64,000 bases of DNA from Gekko japonicus (taxonomy: Eukaryota). The stretch covers positions 865,847-929,846 of the forward strand of contig NW_015168044.1 of the NCBI RefSeq assembly GCF_001447785.1, read 5' to 3'. How positions within the stretch are numbered: the first letter of the stretch is position 1; each line of letters starts with the position of its first letter. Shown piece after piece: positions 60,698 through 64,000 of the stretch. A program made the position numbers and the translations under genes. The notes under the pieces are model-generated. The model saw nothing but the letters and a program-made list of their open reading frames with translations, searched no databases and was not told the origin of the DNA.

Positions 60698-63600
60698 AAG
60701 TGTGACTGGAGCCCACTCTGACATTGATCAATGGATGCACCTGCTGTTGTTTAAGGAAACAAATTAGGGAGTGTGGAATTGATGGAAGCAGCGGTGGATG
60801 TGAATGCCCGTGGCGGCACCAGTAGCATCAGAGGGGAGGGCCAAGCAGAAATGAGAGAAGGGCACGATTAGAATGGCAGTGAATCTGAAAAAGAAGTGCG
60901 GGAAATGGCAACAATTAAATTCTGACAGAATTTTAGCCTGCTGACAGGGCAGTCATAAGCCAAGTTATAACTGCATAGGACTGCACTGTGAGTATTCTAC
61001 TGAAAATTCATTTTCCTTAGAAACTTTAAGTACTACTCTTAAGAAAGACTTCACGCTTTTACCCCAGCCTTCTTTGAAAAAGCACAAATGGCTTCTTCCC
61101 TCCTTTATATCCTCACAATGTGTGTCAGACTGGATTTCCTAGTGGAATGTTTTATGTCAGTTTTTGCAGCACTGTGAGGCGGCTGCAGGTACACACTGCT
61201 TTTTGGTCAGTAACCAGCCGCTGTTTCATTTCAAGGGCGCCAGGAGTGAGCTAGACTCCAAGACAAAACCAAAAATACAGAAATGTTTTCTTATTTTTTC
61301 ATCCTACATCTTCCAAATTGGATTTTTAAAAAAGTTCCCTGCATGGAAACATGTGTTGGTTTGTACTGCTTTCATAGCACAGTAAAAACAACTCTGGGAC
61401 ATAAATTAAGTCAGGATGGAGCAACTGGTCCAACATCACCCTGTAAGCTTCATGGGTGACTGGGGCTTTGAATGTGGATATCACTGGGCTCAGTCCCACT
61501 GAACCACAGAGCAGAACCCAAAATTTTAAATGCAGCTTTATCTATAGTGGAGCAATCTTCCTCCAGGATCCCATTATAGGAGTTTTCTCAGCTAATATTG
61601 CCCTGTAGTTTCCCATCAATCTGTCTTCAGCCTCTTTCTGTTCTGTTTTCCTGATTCTTTTGCTGACAGAGGTGGTAAAGGAGGGACCATTTGTGTCCCT
61701 GTTGCTGGGCAAAAGGAAAGAAATGTATGGGGGTGGGGGGGAGGACTGATCTCCAACAATGATCTATCAGCAGCACGTTGCTAAAGGCAGAGACAGAGAA
61801 ACTAAAGTGATGTGTTCCCCGCGTGCTTTTCAGCTGGGCTGTAATGGCATTCAAGGAGGAGGAAAGAGGAGGATGAAGGAAGCCATCCTTTGATGTCAAC
61901 CAAAGCACTGGGTTGGCTGATTTGGATGGATTGGAGGCTTGTGTGGTATGCTCTTATGTAGGAGGAGAGAAGAGGAGCCTGGATCTTGCAGGACCATTTA
62001 TTCCCCAGCAAAGTAGCTGGGCGGGAAGGGTATGACAGAGCAATAAAAGATGAAAATGTAAGTTGGAGAGGTAAGCCAAGGTCACATTCAGTACATGATG
62101 GAGGAACTGACAAAGGAACCACTTTCCCCGATCTTGCCAGCCACCTCCTTGCTTATTCAAACTTCTAAACTGAATTTAAGTGTCCTTGGTTCGTGGCTTA
62201 AATATTCTGTGGCCACTGCTACACATGGGGGGGGGGGAAGCCACAAAGTGTCTGCCCTGTTCCCATCAAAAGCAAGAAGTGGTATTTTTGACCTCAAAGG
62301 AGTATCTGGGTGAGGGGAGCTGAACCCTCTCCTATCATACTGACCCTTCCTCTGTTGTTTGAAGTGCACAGCTTCTGGTTCTGGAACTGAGATGGGAGAA
62401 AACACAGCAGAGAGTGGGGAAGTAATGCAAAGGAGGTTGAGGTCCCCTTATGCCTTTGGTGTAAAACATTGATCCTGCCAGATTAACCGTGGATGTTCCC
62501 TATCCTATGTATCTTAGCCCTCAGCTGTGTGTGAATCGATGGATTGTCTCTATCTAGCACATGAACACGGCCTCTTTGAGCCCCTAACTCGTAAAACCCT
62601 CTGCAGGCGGCCACTGGGCAAAAGTCCAATTGTAGCCCTATTACAGGATTGCTACCAAGGTTGATTCCCATCATGACTGTGGAGTGGGCTTACTTATCAG
62701 TCGTGAGGTGCTTGTTTGCTGGTGCCCTTGCAGGGAGACAAGCTTTAAAAAAACTGCAGAAGAAATGTTATGGGGGGGAGCCTCACTGTCGTGGTGAATC
62801 ACTCTTGGAAAGCTTGTTCTAATGAGAGTGGAGACAGGTGTCCTTACTCTCCCTGTTGCCTTGGGAGAGTGAAGGAGGCCAGGCTGGGTCTAAATCACCC
62901 CTATGAGTCCCTGTTAGGTTGTGCTGCTAATTAGAATGTTAGATCCCGAAGCCTCTAATGGATTCAATGGCTCAGGGTCTCCTTGACTACCACCGGCCCA
63001 GCATGAATCTTCACATACTTATTAAATATGTCTCTGCACAAAACAAGCATTATCTCCTTGCTGCACCACAAAATGCATAGAACATGCACACCTTTGAAGA
63101 TGCAACTGGCAAATTATTCTTGGAAGCACGCACTGTGTGGCAGAAGGCACTGGCGACACCCAGCACAAGACATTCAACACTGCTCAATTATCATTGGTAA
63201 TTCTTATGGTGGTGGTTGTTTTCATGTTCTTTCTGCATTCTCTTTAACCTGGTGACCCGGAGAGGTGGCATAAATAAATAAAATAAAATAACATTCCATG
63301 CAAGCCAGATGTCTTTTTTTACTGCCTGGCTGATTTAGAATCTCCAGTGCTGCTCAGTGAAGAAGCTGATAACCTAATAAGATTAAACAGTCATGCAAAC
63401 AGCAAGCAGTCAGCATTGACTCCAAGCGCATCTCTGTAGGGGATTTATTATTGGTGTCCAAGATTCACCGTTAGCATCTCTTGGATGAAAATGTAGCATT
63501 TTGCACAATGTGAGGGAGCCCCGTTCCTTCCCTTCCCTTCACTGTGATGGTTCTGGAAAAAGGGGGGGGGGGCAGAAAATGCAATAGGTTTACCCCAGGC

Positions 63601-64000
63601 CTCTTCTAATGGAAATTGCTCTCACTTCCAAACTCTGAAGGATCCACCATTCTCTGGGCTAAGGTTGCAATCCTGTGCACATCCTTGGGAATAAACCCCA
63701 TTGACCTCAATAATGTCTGAATAACTATCCAGCACAAGCAGTCTATCTTCTACCTTGCCTTGGAAAGACATACTTGCCAGGGCCAGGTGGGGAGGCAAGT
63801 TTGTCCTGGACAGCTATCCCTCAACAGCTGAATAGGAAACCAGTGTAGTATAGTGCCCAGGCTAGTACTGGGGAGACCCATGTTCAAATCCCCGCTGTAT
63901 CATGAACTTCACTGACCTTGGGTTTATCCCTATCTGTGAGACTACACTACCTCACAGGTAATATGATCGTCCACAGATAAATAAAAAAGAAGCGAAGAGC

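Overview
Eukaryotic DNA, not prokaryotic. The repeat content (Sauria/Squam1 SINE, Squam3-like SINE, 5S-headed SINE, BovB, CR1, L2, L1, Penelope, DIRS, many hAT/Harbinger/TA-type MITEs) points to a squamate reptile, most likely a gecko (inference). I recognise no host protein-coding exon, so the window reads as a large intron or gene desert with two assembly gaps. The only long real ORF (867-2345) is the C-terminal part of L1 ORF2. That L1 is one of four retro-insertions nested in a dead DIRS element. Structures most worth a second look: (1) a perfect 358-bp palindrome whose symmetry extends beyond the MITE ends into flanking DNA (23321-23678); (2) a ~1.2-kb foldback element with a 14-bp target duplication that splits a SINE (14296-15483); (3) two long CpG-rich SINE-like elements that share the Sauria-SINE core but carry L2-type tails; (4) degenerate minimal hammerhead ribozymes in Penelope terminal repeats. 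I cannot support any novel multi-gene system here. Family names come from motif recognition, not database searches.
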